From: Chlorokybus atmophyticus | Lineage: Eukaryota; Plantae; Mesostigma and Chlorokybus algae | Assembly (NCBI GenBank): GCA_009103225.1 | Contig: RHPI01002568.1 | Span: forward strand, 385,742 to 449,741 | Length of the DNA stretch: 64,000 bases | Reading direction: 5' to 3' | Part shown: positions 25,831 to 38,045 of the stretch, in pieces | How the letters are laid out: each line of letters starts with the position of its first letter | Position numbering within the stretch: the first letter of the stretch is position 1 | Made by a program: the position numbers and the translations under genes | The notes under the pieces: model-generated | Database searches by the model: none | Told to the model about the DNA's origin: nothing | What the model saw: the letters and a program-made list of their open reading frames with translations, nothing else

Positions 25831-28800
25831 TCTATGCATCAACCTTTGCAGATAGCTCGGCGTGATACGAAGCATCATGCACACCCGCCACTGCGCGCCC
25901 GGACGGATCGAGCATCTTCTTCCAGGCGGCATCCCACTCGACTGCGATGGGCGTGCTGCACGCGATGCTGGGGCCACCTGGCACTGTGGCGCGCGCTGAC
26001 GGCTACACAAACACATTCACACAGGCAGAGTGAGCACGCATGCACACACCCAGCAAGCAAGCAACACAGCCCCTTGCACACGCATGCACCTGCGGGAAGT
26101 GTTGCTCGAACAGGTCCCGGTAGTAGTAAGCCTCCTTGGTTAACGGCGTGTTCTCTGGGAAGCGATGCGCGGCCTGCTCCATCATCTGGTCTGTGACCTT
26201 AGCAAACACACAACAATGTGAGTAACAAAGCACAACGACTTGATGCAAGAAACGTGTGCCAGCAGTCAGTCCTCCTTACCCTTGACTCCGCTTGCTCCTT
26301 CAAGCTATCAATCCAGCTGTAGCCGACGCCATCGCTGAACTGCTCCTTTTGCCTCCACAAGTATTTCTGCGGACACACAAAATGCCAAGGCGCTGTAGTT
26401 GCAATGTAGCACAGCGAAGCGATGGGGGTTTCACGTTTTTGCACTAAGCAACAACCAGATTGCCGACCTTTGGTAGGAACGGAGCCTCCTCGACGTCGAA
26501 CGCTTTCCGCAAAACCCACTTTTCCATCCGTCCCTCCTTGGGATGGATCTGATGCACAACAAAGGGGCACGGTGTTAAAACACGGTCACAACAACGGCAA
26601 GCATGCAGCATGACAACACACGCCCGCACGCACACCGCGCGCGCGCGCACACACTAGTTGAAGAGTACCATCTTTTCTGAAGGGTCGAAGCCCATCGCCA
26701 CATCGAGGAATGCCCTGTCGAGGAAAGGCACTCTGGCCTCGACGCCCCAGGCGGATGTGGCCTTGTTAGCGCGCAGACAGTCGTACATGTGCAGTGCCTT
26801 CAGCTGCGTGACAAGACAGCACAGCACTTAGGGTTAGGCATACACAACTTGCAAGAGAGCATGCATGACACAGAGTGCACGCATAATCCACCTTGCGGCA
26901 TGTCTCCTTGTGCAACTCTTCACCATTCGGCGCTTTATGGAAGTACAAGTACCTGGTGGGATGCATGGCGTCAATGCATGCGCAGAGCGATGCAAAAGAC
27001 ACATGCGCGCGCACACCCACACAAACACACCACAGCGTACCCGCCAAAGATCTCATCCGAACCCTCTCCCGACAACACCATCTTCACGCCGAGCGCTTTA
27101 ATCTTTCGAGACATAAGAAACATGGGTGTGCTGGCGCGTATTGTCGTCACGTCAAAGGTCTCTATGTGGTATATCACATCGGGAATAGCATCAAGTCCTT
27201 CCTGCAAAGGAGGTCAGGAGGTAAGGTCTGCGTTGCACACTAACTCTTTCCAACGTCAATATTCACAGCTGCTGCATGCATGGTACCTGTACAGTGAATG
27301 TAAACTCATGATGGTCTGTGCCGAGGAAGTCTGCAACTTCCCGCGCAGCAAGCAGATCTGGTGATCCCTGCGCACGCGCTGATGGTTTCAGTATTGGGCT
27401 GGAGACACACTGACTCGTGCATGCATGCAGCCATGCGCAAGCAGGCAGGCGTGTGCACACGCACGCCTGCCTGCCAGTCAGCCATGCACTCACATGCACA
27501 TGCCAACAAACAAGCCTCACGAGGCTTTTTTGTTGGCATGTGCATGTGACACACAAAAGCATGCACACAAACATACACTCGCACGCAGGACTACTACTCT
27601 CTCTCCTACACACACGCACAGACAACTGTACTGTTTGCGCATGCAATCGCTGTCCCTGTTGTGTTCTTGTGGAGTGTGCTATGAGTACGCGTATTGCTCG
27701 GTGATGTACTATGATGTAAAGCAGGGAAACCAGGAGATGGTCCCATCCCCTCTAGCGCCAAGGTAAAGTGACACACCCCCGCCCGCACATCGACATCTAC
27801 TTAGGGCTAAGCTCTTTTAGACCTCAATGACTGTGAATTGATGCATGTTGCAGATACCTCAAGACCGACGCAGAAGGAATGCAGCTTTCCCCATACGTGG
27901 CCTTTTGTTTCGGCGAGATGTCGGTTGGCCACCGCTGCCACGAGTGATGAATCCAACCCTCCAGAAAGCAGCACACCAAAGGGAACGTCCGTCATCAATC
28001 GCTTAATGACTGCCTGCACAGTGGTAGTTTGACCCACAGTCAGTGAATGTGTACGGCACAAGCACAACACTCATAGTCTTCTACAGCGACACACCTTTTC
28101 AAAAGTGCTGCGGATGACGTCCAGGTTGAGAGGCGCTGTGGGGACCTCTTCGGACACCCACGGCGGGTTGTAGTAGCGCTGAAGACCGCCTAACATCACC
28201 ACACGGCAGACACGAACGTGTGTGTGTGTGTACGTATGCGTATGCGCGTGCGTGTCGGTGCATGTGCACGCACGCGCGCATGTGCGCTGCACTGTACCAG
28301 TTTTGCTGGAGTAGAAATGGCCCGGAGGGAAAACCTCAAACCGCTCGCAGTCGTCGCAAAGCGCCTTCATCTCGGATGCAAACCATACAGACCCTGTTCA
28401 AACACGTTGTAAGCAACAACTAGTGATAATGACTCACCTAACAAGGATGTTCACGAATGCTGAGCGGATGCACTCCGCCACGCAACAAACACACCCTTAC
28501 CATCGCGGCCATACCCCAAGTATAGGGGCGTGATGCCAATGGGGTCGCGCGCGGCAATATACGAGTTGTCGCGCGAGTCCAGCAGGACAAAGGAGAACAT
28601 GCCGTCCAGCATGTTGATGGCGGCTTCGCCATGCTGCTCATACTGCGCACCGTGTAACATGCGCGAGTCAAATGCATGCAAGAAGGAGAGAAACAACGCA
28701 CTATTTCTCTAGCGAATGTGCGCTGCTGACTGTGAGTGATCTGGATGTGCATTCAGAACCCATGCATGCATTAGCTAGCTACAGAGTCAACACGTGGAAG

Positions 28801-29501
28801 CGGGAATGAATTGCTATGCATTTTGTAAGCCTGAATGCATACGTACCAGGTAAGCGATGACCTCGCAATCGCTCTGAGTCCTGAACTTGGTGGGCACGGT
28901 CAGCGACTTTCGCAATGCCTCGTGGTTGTAGATTTCCCCATTCACCTGCAAGATGAGAATAAAAAATAATAGAATAGTGTTGAAAATGTCGTTGCTCACG
29001 CATGACAGAGTGATGTGTAGTTGATGTTCATTCTCAAATGAACAAAAAATAACAAAAAATAGAAACAACGATCAGCAATGCTGGCAGGCTCTTCTGAGCA
29101 GTACTGTGCAGCAAGTAGAAGTCAGGAATGCAATGCAGTGTTTGACTAGCACATGCACCAATGTTACTGGCTGACTGACCGTGACTGCGATGGCCTTGTC
29201 GCTGTTGTACAGCGGCTGGTCGCCTGACGCCGGGTCGATGATGGCCAGGCGCTCGTGCGCCAGGAAGTTGTTGCCGTCTTGGTGGATGCCGCTCCAGTCA
29301 GGACCTCTGTGACGCAACCTGCGAAGAGCACACACACACAATGACATCCTCTCCGCCCATCAACTCCTACACACACAGTGAGGCATGCACACATAAGCAG
29401 CAGCTTGCTGTGCTTGCTTACCTCCGGGCGCAGGACAGCACCTTCTGGCGCATGGCCAGGGAGTCATCGCCGCTGCACAGCACAGCGAGTATTCCGCACA
29501 T
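25831..29501 (-). CDS. ASN: Asparagine synthetase, glutamine-hydrolysing (plant type), 15 exons
   Basis: MCGILAV N-terminal nucleophile Cys, [85 protein letters not shown]; stop 25831-25833. Confidence 0.97.
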
Positions 29502-29740
29502 GGCGCCTGACCACGACGACGACGACGACGACGCTGCTACCACGGCCGCCGCCGCCACCACGACGCCTCAAAACAGCAGCAGACCAATTCTACCAAAACA
29601 CAAGCAGAGACAGTGACACAAGCAAATGGCGGCGGCGTTGGCGTTGGCGTTGGCGTTGGCGTCGTGGGCGACGCAGTGGAGGTAAGAGGTAGGCGGCGCC
29701 CTGACTCTGTGACGTGGTTGTCGGCGGTTGAGGGCAGGTT

Positions 29741-29751
29741 CTCTCTCACTC

Positions 29752-29806
<55 letters not shown>
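29741..29806. repeat. (CT)n microsatellite
   Basis: Nearly pure CT run upstream of the ASN start. Confidence 0.9.
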
Positions 29807-29810
<4 letters not shown>

Positions 29811-30436
29811 TGGCAGCAGACGACAGCGTGGTAGTGCGTTTGACCTACTGTGTGAGTTACACACACAGAAAGCGGCCAGCCAGCAGTATGCTTGGCACGT
29901 TATTTAGCAGCAGCAACACCCAAGAGAGAGTGTGGTAGCATGTTTTGCACTAAAGCTTTGCAAGGGGCAAAGTCATTACTAGACTGATTTTACATGTAGT
30001 GTCTGCTTCGCCACGCACTTTTTTTCCTTTGGTTCTCCTTTACTCATAGGTGGGGTTGGTCGTCACTAGTTTTGTAATTCGTAGTTGTCGGTAGTCGCAA
30101 GCAGAGCGGCAAGCAGTGTCCTACAGGTCAACTCCATGCCCTCGTCCTCCTCCAACCCTAACCCTATCATGAGCACAGCTGTCTTTCACCTTTTTTCAAC
30201 CATATGTAGTATATATAAGGTCTATGCTCTGGGCAGCAGGTGATGGCTGTTGTCAAGTTCTGGCGGTGTGCGTGTGCCTAATATTTTNTGCTGCTGTGTG
30301 GCTGCATGCGTGCACGTGTACAGCAGATGCAAACGTGCATTGCGCACGTAGTGCCATACAGTAGTGCAAATGCAAGCAGGCACACACGCTCATAGTTGAC
30401 AAGGCGTGTCTCACTGCTTACTGCTGAGCCAGTGAG

Positions 30437-30925
30437 AGGCCACCCACACCGCAACACAAGCATCTCACATCTCCCAGATCACAAGCTCGCTTTCACGCTT
30501 TCTCCATGCGCTTGTCGTCAGCCGGACTACCCGACTCATGCATTGGCTCATTTCAGCTGAGTTAGTTTGACCCTGCAAAGTAGTGTAGTCGTGTTTATAC
30601 AATCCGCCCTCTTTCTTTCACTCCCTTCTCCCCCTCTCCACCCTCTCCCCAATAGTTGTGTTGTGCGGATACGACGTAAATGTAGGTAAATAGTGTAGGT
30701 TGTGGCGTGAGAGGACTGCGCTTAATGGAGACACGATTGCATTGAACTCCCTTCTCCCCCTCTCCACCCTTCCCCAATAGTTGTGTTGTTGTGCGGATAC
30801 TAGGTAAATGTAGGTGAATAGTGTAGGTTGTAGCGTGAGAGGACTGCGCTTAATGGAGATGCGGTTGCATTCAAGATGGTTCAATATGTTGAGTATACTG
30901 TCCCAAAGGGCTCTTCAAGCGGATG
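30437..30925 (+). repeat. Inverted diverged copy of 18300-18672 (invertase C-terminal tail plus 3' flank), with an internal ~126-bp tandem duplication
   Basis: 30437-30570 aligns by eye to the reverse complement of 18534-18672. Units 30621-30746 and 30747-30874 are near-identical to each other and align to the reverse complement of ~18356-18480. Confidence 0.85.
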
Positions 30926-31754
30926 CGTAGGGTGTGCTCGGCGAGAGTGTGGTGCGTGTGGATGCGTGGTTGTGTATGAGGGATAGTATGCTAGGTTATT
31001 GTGCACGCTAGTACTTGCAATCTTTGCCTATGCATGTGCGAAAGTAGTAACAGTTACACAGAAGGTGCTAGCTCACACGCACAGGGTACCGGTCCGCGTG
31101 ATGTATCTGCACAACTACTACATGCAACCTCTTGCGGTTAACAACTGCTCAATTACTTCGGTTTATAACTCTTGATTACGTAGAGTTTGTTTCCCATCTA
31201 GGTTTGTACAATGACTACACAATGGCAAGTGAACTACACAAGTATTGTAACTTGTTAGCAATACCTTTACAAGAGGTCTTCAATCACCAACAATTGCAAC
31301 ATTTTCGCAAACATATTCATGTGCGTCAAGCACAAGATACACATGTATTTCTACAGTTGCATGCGTCGTTGCATGTAATAACTCTCTCCCCAATGCATTG
31401 GACTTGCAAGTCCTTAAGTTCCAACATTGACCACGCACATCTAATAGCTTCCAAAATATCAACACCATACCACATTACATATATTATCCCTCCTTTGCTG
31501 CAATAACACCAACCTTTGTTGTGGTTTTTTCATACGTTTGTTAAATAAATAGTTCATTGCCTTTACTGTTTGTGCCCTGACGGTAACCATATAGTTTCCT
31601 ACATAGATCACACGCAGCAGTTGGCATTATTATATAACGAGTTAATGGCTCGAATGCAGTTATTTTTGCCTGCCCTTATGTTCCGTGAGCACAGTGCAAG
31701 ATGACAAATTCACCAAACCAAAATTGTTTTATATGTCATTTGATTAGGTTCGGT

Positions 31755-32565
31755 GAACCGGGTTTAAGCATTTCAAAAAACGGTGCGGGAGTTAGGGCGT
31801 TGTTGACGGCGTCGTCGGCGGCGTCGGCTGGTGTTGTTGCTGTTGTTAGCGGCGGCGGCGGCGGCGGCGGCGCCGGCGCCGGTGGCGGCGGCGATGCATG
31901 CGAGGGCGACAAAACTTTCGGGTCGTGAAGCTTCGCCCTCTTCCACCTCCTTAGTGGTGGAAGGAGCAGGTGGAGGAGTCGGCCCTAAGAGAGTTCATGG
32001 GATATTCTCCCTCCGGGTGGTGGGAGAAGGCGGAGGCGGCTCAGGACAGTGAAATCACTAGGTAGTTCGAGCATGAATTTCCCGCCGCTGCCCGTGAAAG
32101 TGACACTTGTTTGACCGTTTAGCCGCTGCCGGCGACAACAAAGAGGAGGAGGAGGACGAGGTGGAGGAGGTGGTGTTTCGGAAGCAGCCCGGTGGTGGTG
32201 AAGCTTGTACGCCTGCTTCTGTCATCTCATGGGAGAGGTGGAAGGAGCTGCAGGCGGCGGCGTTGGCTTAGCATGGGATAAAGAACAGGCCGCCCGCCGC
32301 TTGGGAGAGGATGGATGCGGAGGCGGTTGCCCTTGAGCAGAGGAAGCTGAGGGAGTTGTGTCATCATGCAGCCGCTAACACCGCCTGCGAGAATGAGGAC
32401 TTGCCCAAGAACGCCGCTTACTCCGAATGCTTGAACAGTTGACATTTGAGGTTAAGCACGCACGCACGCACGCCACCCAACAACATTTGCTCATTCAAAT
32501 GGTTGCTGGTTGATGCTCTAATATATCTCGATGACGAGTTGCCATCATTGTCAACTTTATTGAAC

Positions 32566-32645
<80 letters not shown>

Positions 32646-32772
32646 NNNNNNNNNNNNNNNNNNNNNNNNNNNNNNNNNNNNNNNNNNNNNNNNNNNNNNN
32701 NNNNNNNNNNNNNNNNNNNNNNNNNNNNNNNNNNNNNNNNNNNNNNNNNNNNNNNNNNNNNNNNNNNNNNNN

Positions 32773-32822
<50 letters not shown>

Positions 32823-35180
32823 TTCCGATTGTACCCTTGTTTATGTGTACATAGAGGGATATATGGGGCTGTGGCAATGCATGAGACCGCCTTATAGTGC
32901 CTGTCTTGCTGCTCAAGTATAAAACAAAGTGCAAAGGCACACCCACCCACACATACATACACGCAAACATGCCAAAAGCCTTTCCTTGCACGCAAGCTCC
33001 CACATAGCCAACCTTTGCTGTATTGCTGTGGCTTCACTTGCATGTGCATGCATGCTGCCGAACAGTAAAGTGTTGTGGTAGCTGCAACACAAGATGGTAG
33101 TATTCCAACACACTATTAAGTTGCAGACCAATATCGCAACAACACTCTCCCTGCTTTGTCTCATATCCCATCATGCGCTTGCACTTTACTTGTCAGCATC
33201 GCACGTACAATTGCAGCACATGTTTTTATGATGAAGCCAAGGCGCTCCACCTTCTTCACGGCATTGAGTTTTTGGGAGCTCAGCAGACCTCTCAACCCTT
33301 GTTACTTAAATGGGACGTGTCGTGAGCGACCACAGGGTGCTGCTGATTCCACCCAACAGCTGTGTAGATAAACTTGCATGTATGTGTGTGCGCACATGCA
33401 CGCATACGTGCGTGCGCGTGCGCGTGCATACCTTTAGGCGCCATGTTTCCAAACCGGTGTAGTGAACGATTCTGATCTCCGGCAGCGCCCACATGTCCTT
33501 GTGTAAGTGCAAGATGAACTTTTGTCGCATTGTATGTATGCGCACAGCAGCACCGAACACCTCCCCGCAGAGTAGTCGTTGTCAAATCTGGCAATCCACA
33601 ACAACGCTAACAACATGTTGCAAGTTGTAACATGCACTTGTGGTAAGAGCACACGCGAGGAATTAAATGTACATACATATGGTTACTTATTTTGTCATTT
33701 GCAGGCAGGAGCCGCCTCAGGTGGCGTTGTGCTTAGTATTGTTGTTGACTTAATGCCACGCATACGGGTAGAGAAACACACACGAACACGTGTGCACTTC
33801 TGTCTGGCAAGCAACCACTTCAGAGAGCGCTGCAGAAAGTTACATTTGCTGAACTGCTCCGCAAAGCCGTACGCGTGCTTCGCGGAGTCGTAGCCGCCAG
33901 AAAGCCGCCGCACTAGGTCATATCATAGCTAGAGATTAGATTAGATAGAGATTACAAGTGGCGTTAGGCCTGCGCGCAACCACACGCACGCACACGCACA
34001 TGCGCCCGCAGGCACGCACATTTTACCACAGCATCTCTGCAGAGCATGCGGATATTGCTGCATCTGCCTTTGCCTCACTCACTTGGAAGATGGCGTATTA
34101 CTGAAATTAGGCACCATGAGCCCCGCGTTAGCATGAGCCCCGCGTTAGCAAAGCAAGCATTGCGCTGGCAGTGAGAGTGGCTGGGCACCCATCGAGCTCG
34201 CCCTCCGTGCAACCGCACCAGCACCACCAGCACCACCACCACCGATGACGACAACATCGACGACGACAACTATGTGATTATACCGTTGGGATTGAAAAGG
34301 TGAAGCGGCATTCAATTAGTTTGGGCAGCAGTGTAAACGGTGCGCGCATAGCTTTCCCTTTGCGACAACCGTAACTTCAGACTACGCACAACAACATAGC
34401 GCACATGCACACACGCGCGCGCACTCTCTCTCACTCACTCACCCGCACGTGCGCATGCGCGCACGTGCGCATGCGCACACATGCGCAGCACAGAGAGTTT
34501 GTCAGACACCTCCGCAAAGTGAAATACCTCTGATGTGCGCATGTGTATACAGCATGCCAGCCAATCGGCCACGCACGCTAATGTGTGTCATATGAGGACA
34601 ATGAATATGTGACCTTCTGTGGTGATGCAATGCAACATTGAGGCGCGTACCAGCAGTTGAAGCAGCATGGCATCATGACAATACGCCATGGTCACTTTAT
34701 TACGGTAATATTACGGTAATAACTAACACAAGAAAGTCTGATAAAAAATGCAACATCGTTGGGCTGACCAAAGCGCGTGAGACAACAACAGTTGTGTGTA
34801 CACAAAGTTAGCACCAGAGGCAGCATGCAAGGCTGTACGCTATTGTGTAAACGTTGTACTTCGTGTTTAAAGCGACGCATGTTGTTCGATGCAACAAGGG
34901 CGAGCGATGTACAAACAATGCGAAACGGAAATGCACATGCATAGTGGCATGCGCAGTCAGCAGCATGCAGAGTGACATAGCGCACACCAACAACACCATT
35001 GTAAGGGTTACAGTTGTACTCACGTATCATACTGCCAACTATACCGTATAGGTACTTCTTATTTACTGGGCTCGTGCACATCACCCATCGCTCACTACCG
35101 TCAGACGCACACCACGCCACGCACACCAACATGTCGCACACGCGGCACAAACCCTCACCATCATCACACGGCACAGTGAC
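31755..35180 (+). repeat. Left arm of a diverged inverted duplication (partner 42215-43808), interrupted by ~1.45 kb of unmatched sequence (~32570-34020)
   Basis: Many collinear shared blocks with the reverse complement of the partner, e.g. gcctcactcacttggaagatggc, taccagcagttga, gcaccagaggcagcatgcaa, gggctcgtgcaca, cacacgcggcaca. Confidence 0.85.
32569..32818. repeat. (GT)n microsatellite spanning an assembly gap (N 32646-32772)
   Basis: Pure GT runs on both sides of the N run. Confidence 0.95.
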
Positions 35181-37568
35181 ATGTTGCAAGTGCTTGTGTG
35201 TGCATGAATACGTGCACATATGCGCTTCTGAATGCATGTGCATACACACATGTGTCTGCATGCGTGTCGGTGCGCGTACGTGCACGGTGTACTCGCCAAG
35301 AAGAGCTTATGATGGGTAAGTGCTGGCTAGCAACCATGCAACTTCACCAACAGCTGCAGGTGCATGTCGTGAGTTTTCCTTAAACAGAATTGCTGACCTG
35401 CTTTGCCAACCCCACAATTCAGCCAATCGCCGTGAAGGCTGCCAACAAGGCAGCATCCACCATGTGACGGTACTCCGCGTTAAAGTCAAACATATTCTAG
35501 TTGTTATCCTTACTTGCGTTATATACAAAGAGCCTGCAAAGGACTGCTTGAATATACAGCTCTGTTGTACTGTTATACTACAGCGGTGTGACGCCAGCAC
35601 CTGCGGATTCCGCAGGGAACCATTTTGACCAGCTTGCAAGGTTGCACTTGGGCGGTGCAGCCAAGACTGCCAATCAGCAGCTGAACAACACACGCTCGTG
35701 CTTGCGCAATACATGTACCAAGTTTCAGTCTCGCAAGCTTACATCAACCAACTGCCACAAACCAGTGTGCCAAGCTTGAAGCTGCCGCGAGCAAGGTTAC
35801 CAAGCACCAAAGACGAGACTCTCTCGGAGCTTCCGCACGTCGCATGGCATGCTTAGCGGCTGCTTGCAGCGCACACTTCGGAAGCAAAACCATTGTATAC
35901 ACAAGCATGTCGCACACTTCGGCGCACTCACCTTTGCCAGACAAGAGTTGGCAGCAGCTCTATACGAGTCAGCAACGGGTAGCGTTGCTCACATCAACGC
36001 TGCTGAGCTGGCAACCACCTCGCCCGCCTGTGCGGTCTGGTCGGCAGCACGGAGGAGGCCAGCAAGCAGGCGGGCGGAGACAGGCCGGGTCCGTCCAGCC
36101 ATCCAGCAGCTGCTCTGCTTCTGCCTCTGCCTCTGCCTCTGCTGGCGATCGAGCAGCAGACTACTTGTCCATGACCAATCAGCACGTCCATGTTGCCGAG
36201 CAGCCGAGCAGCCGAGCAGATCGCTCACACAGTGAAACTGCCGCCGCCGCTGAAGGCGCCCCGCATGCAGCTGACCCTCCCCTGTCCATCAGCCTAGTGT
36301 CACACCACCCGTGTGCGAAGCTGCCTACATGAACGAGTCTTGATGCTCCGCCCATGGACAGCGCTTCCCCCCGGAGAGGCGGCAGTGAGGCGGCAGGGTG
36401 GGCGGGTAAGGGATGGAGGGGGCGCTTCTTCTGTTGCATGACCCTGGAGGCATCATCGCTGCTGGTGGTGTGTTGGTCGCACTAGCGGCGGTGGAGGTGT
36501 GCATGCACGTGTACGTGTCGCTGCCCCAGCTGCCCTTCTCCAGCCCTCCTCACGCAGCTGCGCAGCGCCGTCCGTCAATGCCAACGCCTGCTTGCTGACA
36601 GCAGGGAAGAGGTGGGTCGGTGGGCGGGTAGAGGGAGGGAGAGGGAGAGGCGGACAACAAGGGGATGACTACTTGTTCACCCAAGAGTGTTTGTCAGCAT
36701 CTCTTAGAGCCACAAATACACCTGCGTGCGCAGCTACCAATGTTTGTCGTGCAGAATGTGCATGCCCAGCAGGTACTCATGCAATAATTGCAGGCAACGA
36801 AGTAGTTTGTTGAGCATGCATGTCCTTCGTGCGGGCATGCAGAGACAGCAAGTGTTGTGACAATGAAACTTCTTGTCGATACCTCTCAGGGCAAGCTTCT
36901 AAACTTACCTCGTCAAGAAATGTGGGCCTATGGCAAACAACGACCTACATGTTCAGTTGCTCAGAAGTTCAAGAGTAAACACTACTCAAACACTGTTGGC
37001 AACTGAGTTGAACCTCAACTTGGCATGGTGCACTTCGTATGCTCAGCAGCCTGTTTGCTCCCACGCTGCATGCACCGTGCATGGGCAAGATGAATGCATC
37101 ATGCGTTCCAGCACTACAGTTTAAAGATGTCAAACCAATGGTGCTGCTTGGCTACTAGTACAACAGCTGTTTCGTCGGTCACTGGTCTGAACTGAGGTAT
37201 CTGCTCCTGTTGCTTTTTTAAGCTATAGCTGATAGCCTAATACCTTGTGGTCTACTCCATCCTGGCTGTTCGCAAGCGCTGTTGATGTTTTCGCCATTGT
37301 ATCTTGGCTGTTGACTTGTTGACATGGTGCTGATGCTGGTGTTGAAGACGAGCAAAGTTGTTGCTATGCAGGCTCAGCCCAGCTCAGTGCTGCTACCACC
37401 CACGAGCATGCATGTTTCTGTTGCAGTGTGTTGAGTATGCGTTAACAGGCTTGTTCTTGCAGGCCAATTTTGCAAACCGGAAGGCCACCACGACAGCTGG
37501 TTGCGCCGCGCGCAACCGCATGGAGCAAGCAACTGCCACTCAACGACAACCATCGCACTATCACGGTC

Positions 37569-38045
37569 ATGGGGTGGGACCTACGTGCATACGTTGACAA
37601 CGTAGACCAGGACGCTGTTGAGGAGTACCTTGAGGTACACGCAATCGATCGAAAGCGTATGGAGCTCGAGGCTCATCGCAGTGTGGCCAAGTGGTACATG
37701 GATGCCCACACCGATGGCAGAGCGAGCGCACTGGAGTGGGTTTACATGTACGAAAATAGTACTGGCCGCCACGTTATTTGGTCTAGTCAGCGGATCTGGA
37801 CATCCATTCGTCATGACCATCGGTTCGGAAGCAGACTTTACCATCAGCAGTTTGCGCGCGAAAGGGGCTTTCCGTTCCCGGAGAGCCTAATGAACTTCGC
37901 TGTTTACGTACAAGATGATATCACCGCAAGGCAGGTGGCAAGGGACCTGCTAACCTGCTTTCCGGAAGACAAGACACTGGTGGCTGTTGCACATTGGTTG
38001 TCTTCTACTGCATGCTACTGTAAGTTTTACGAGCTGAGTTGGTGA
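37569..38045 (+). CDS. Intronless 158-aa hypothetical protein, possibly giant-virus-derived
   Basis: Uninterrupted ORF MGWDLRAYVDNVDQDAVEEYL...FPESLMNF...VAHWLSSTACYCKFYELSW* with globular composition, in otherwise stop-rich DNA. The resemblance to NCLDV hypothetical proteins is from memory only. Confidence 0.6.
   Translation: MGWDLRAYVDNVDQDAVEEYLEVHAIDRKRMELEAHRSVAKWYMDAHTDGRASALEWVYMYENSTGRHVIWSSQRIWTSIRHDHRFGSRLYHQQFARERGFPFPESLMNFAVYVQDDITARQVARDLLTCFPEDKTLVAVAHWLSSTACYCKFYELSW

Noticed and set aside
18534-29501. Invertase-monooxygenase-asparagine synthetase as a metabolic gene cluster
   Set aside because: No shared pathway links the three; adjacency in a compact genome is a sufficient explanation.
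30621-30874. CRISPR-like or satellite array
   Set aside because: Only two ~126-bp tandem units with no spacers, in a eukaryotic context.
32446-33049. ORFs of poly-CV/TH and similar ORFs over (CT)n and (GA)n tracts
   Set aside because: Translations of microsatellites and N gaps.
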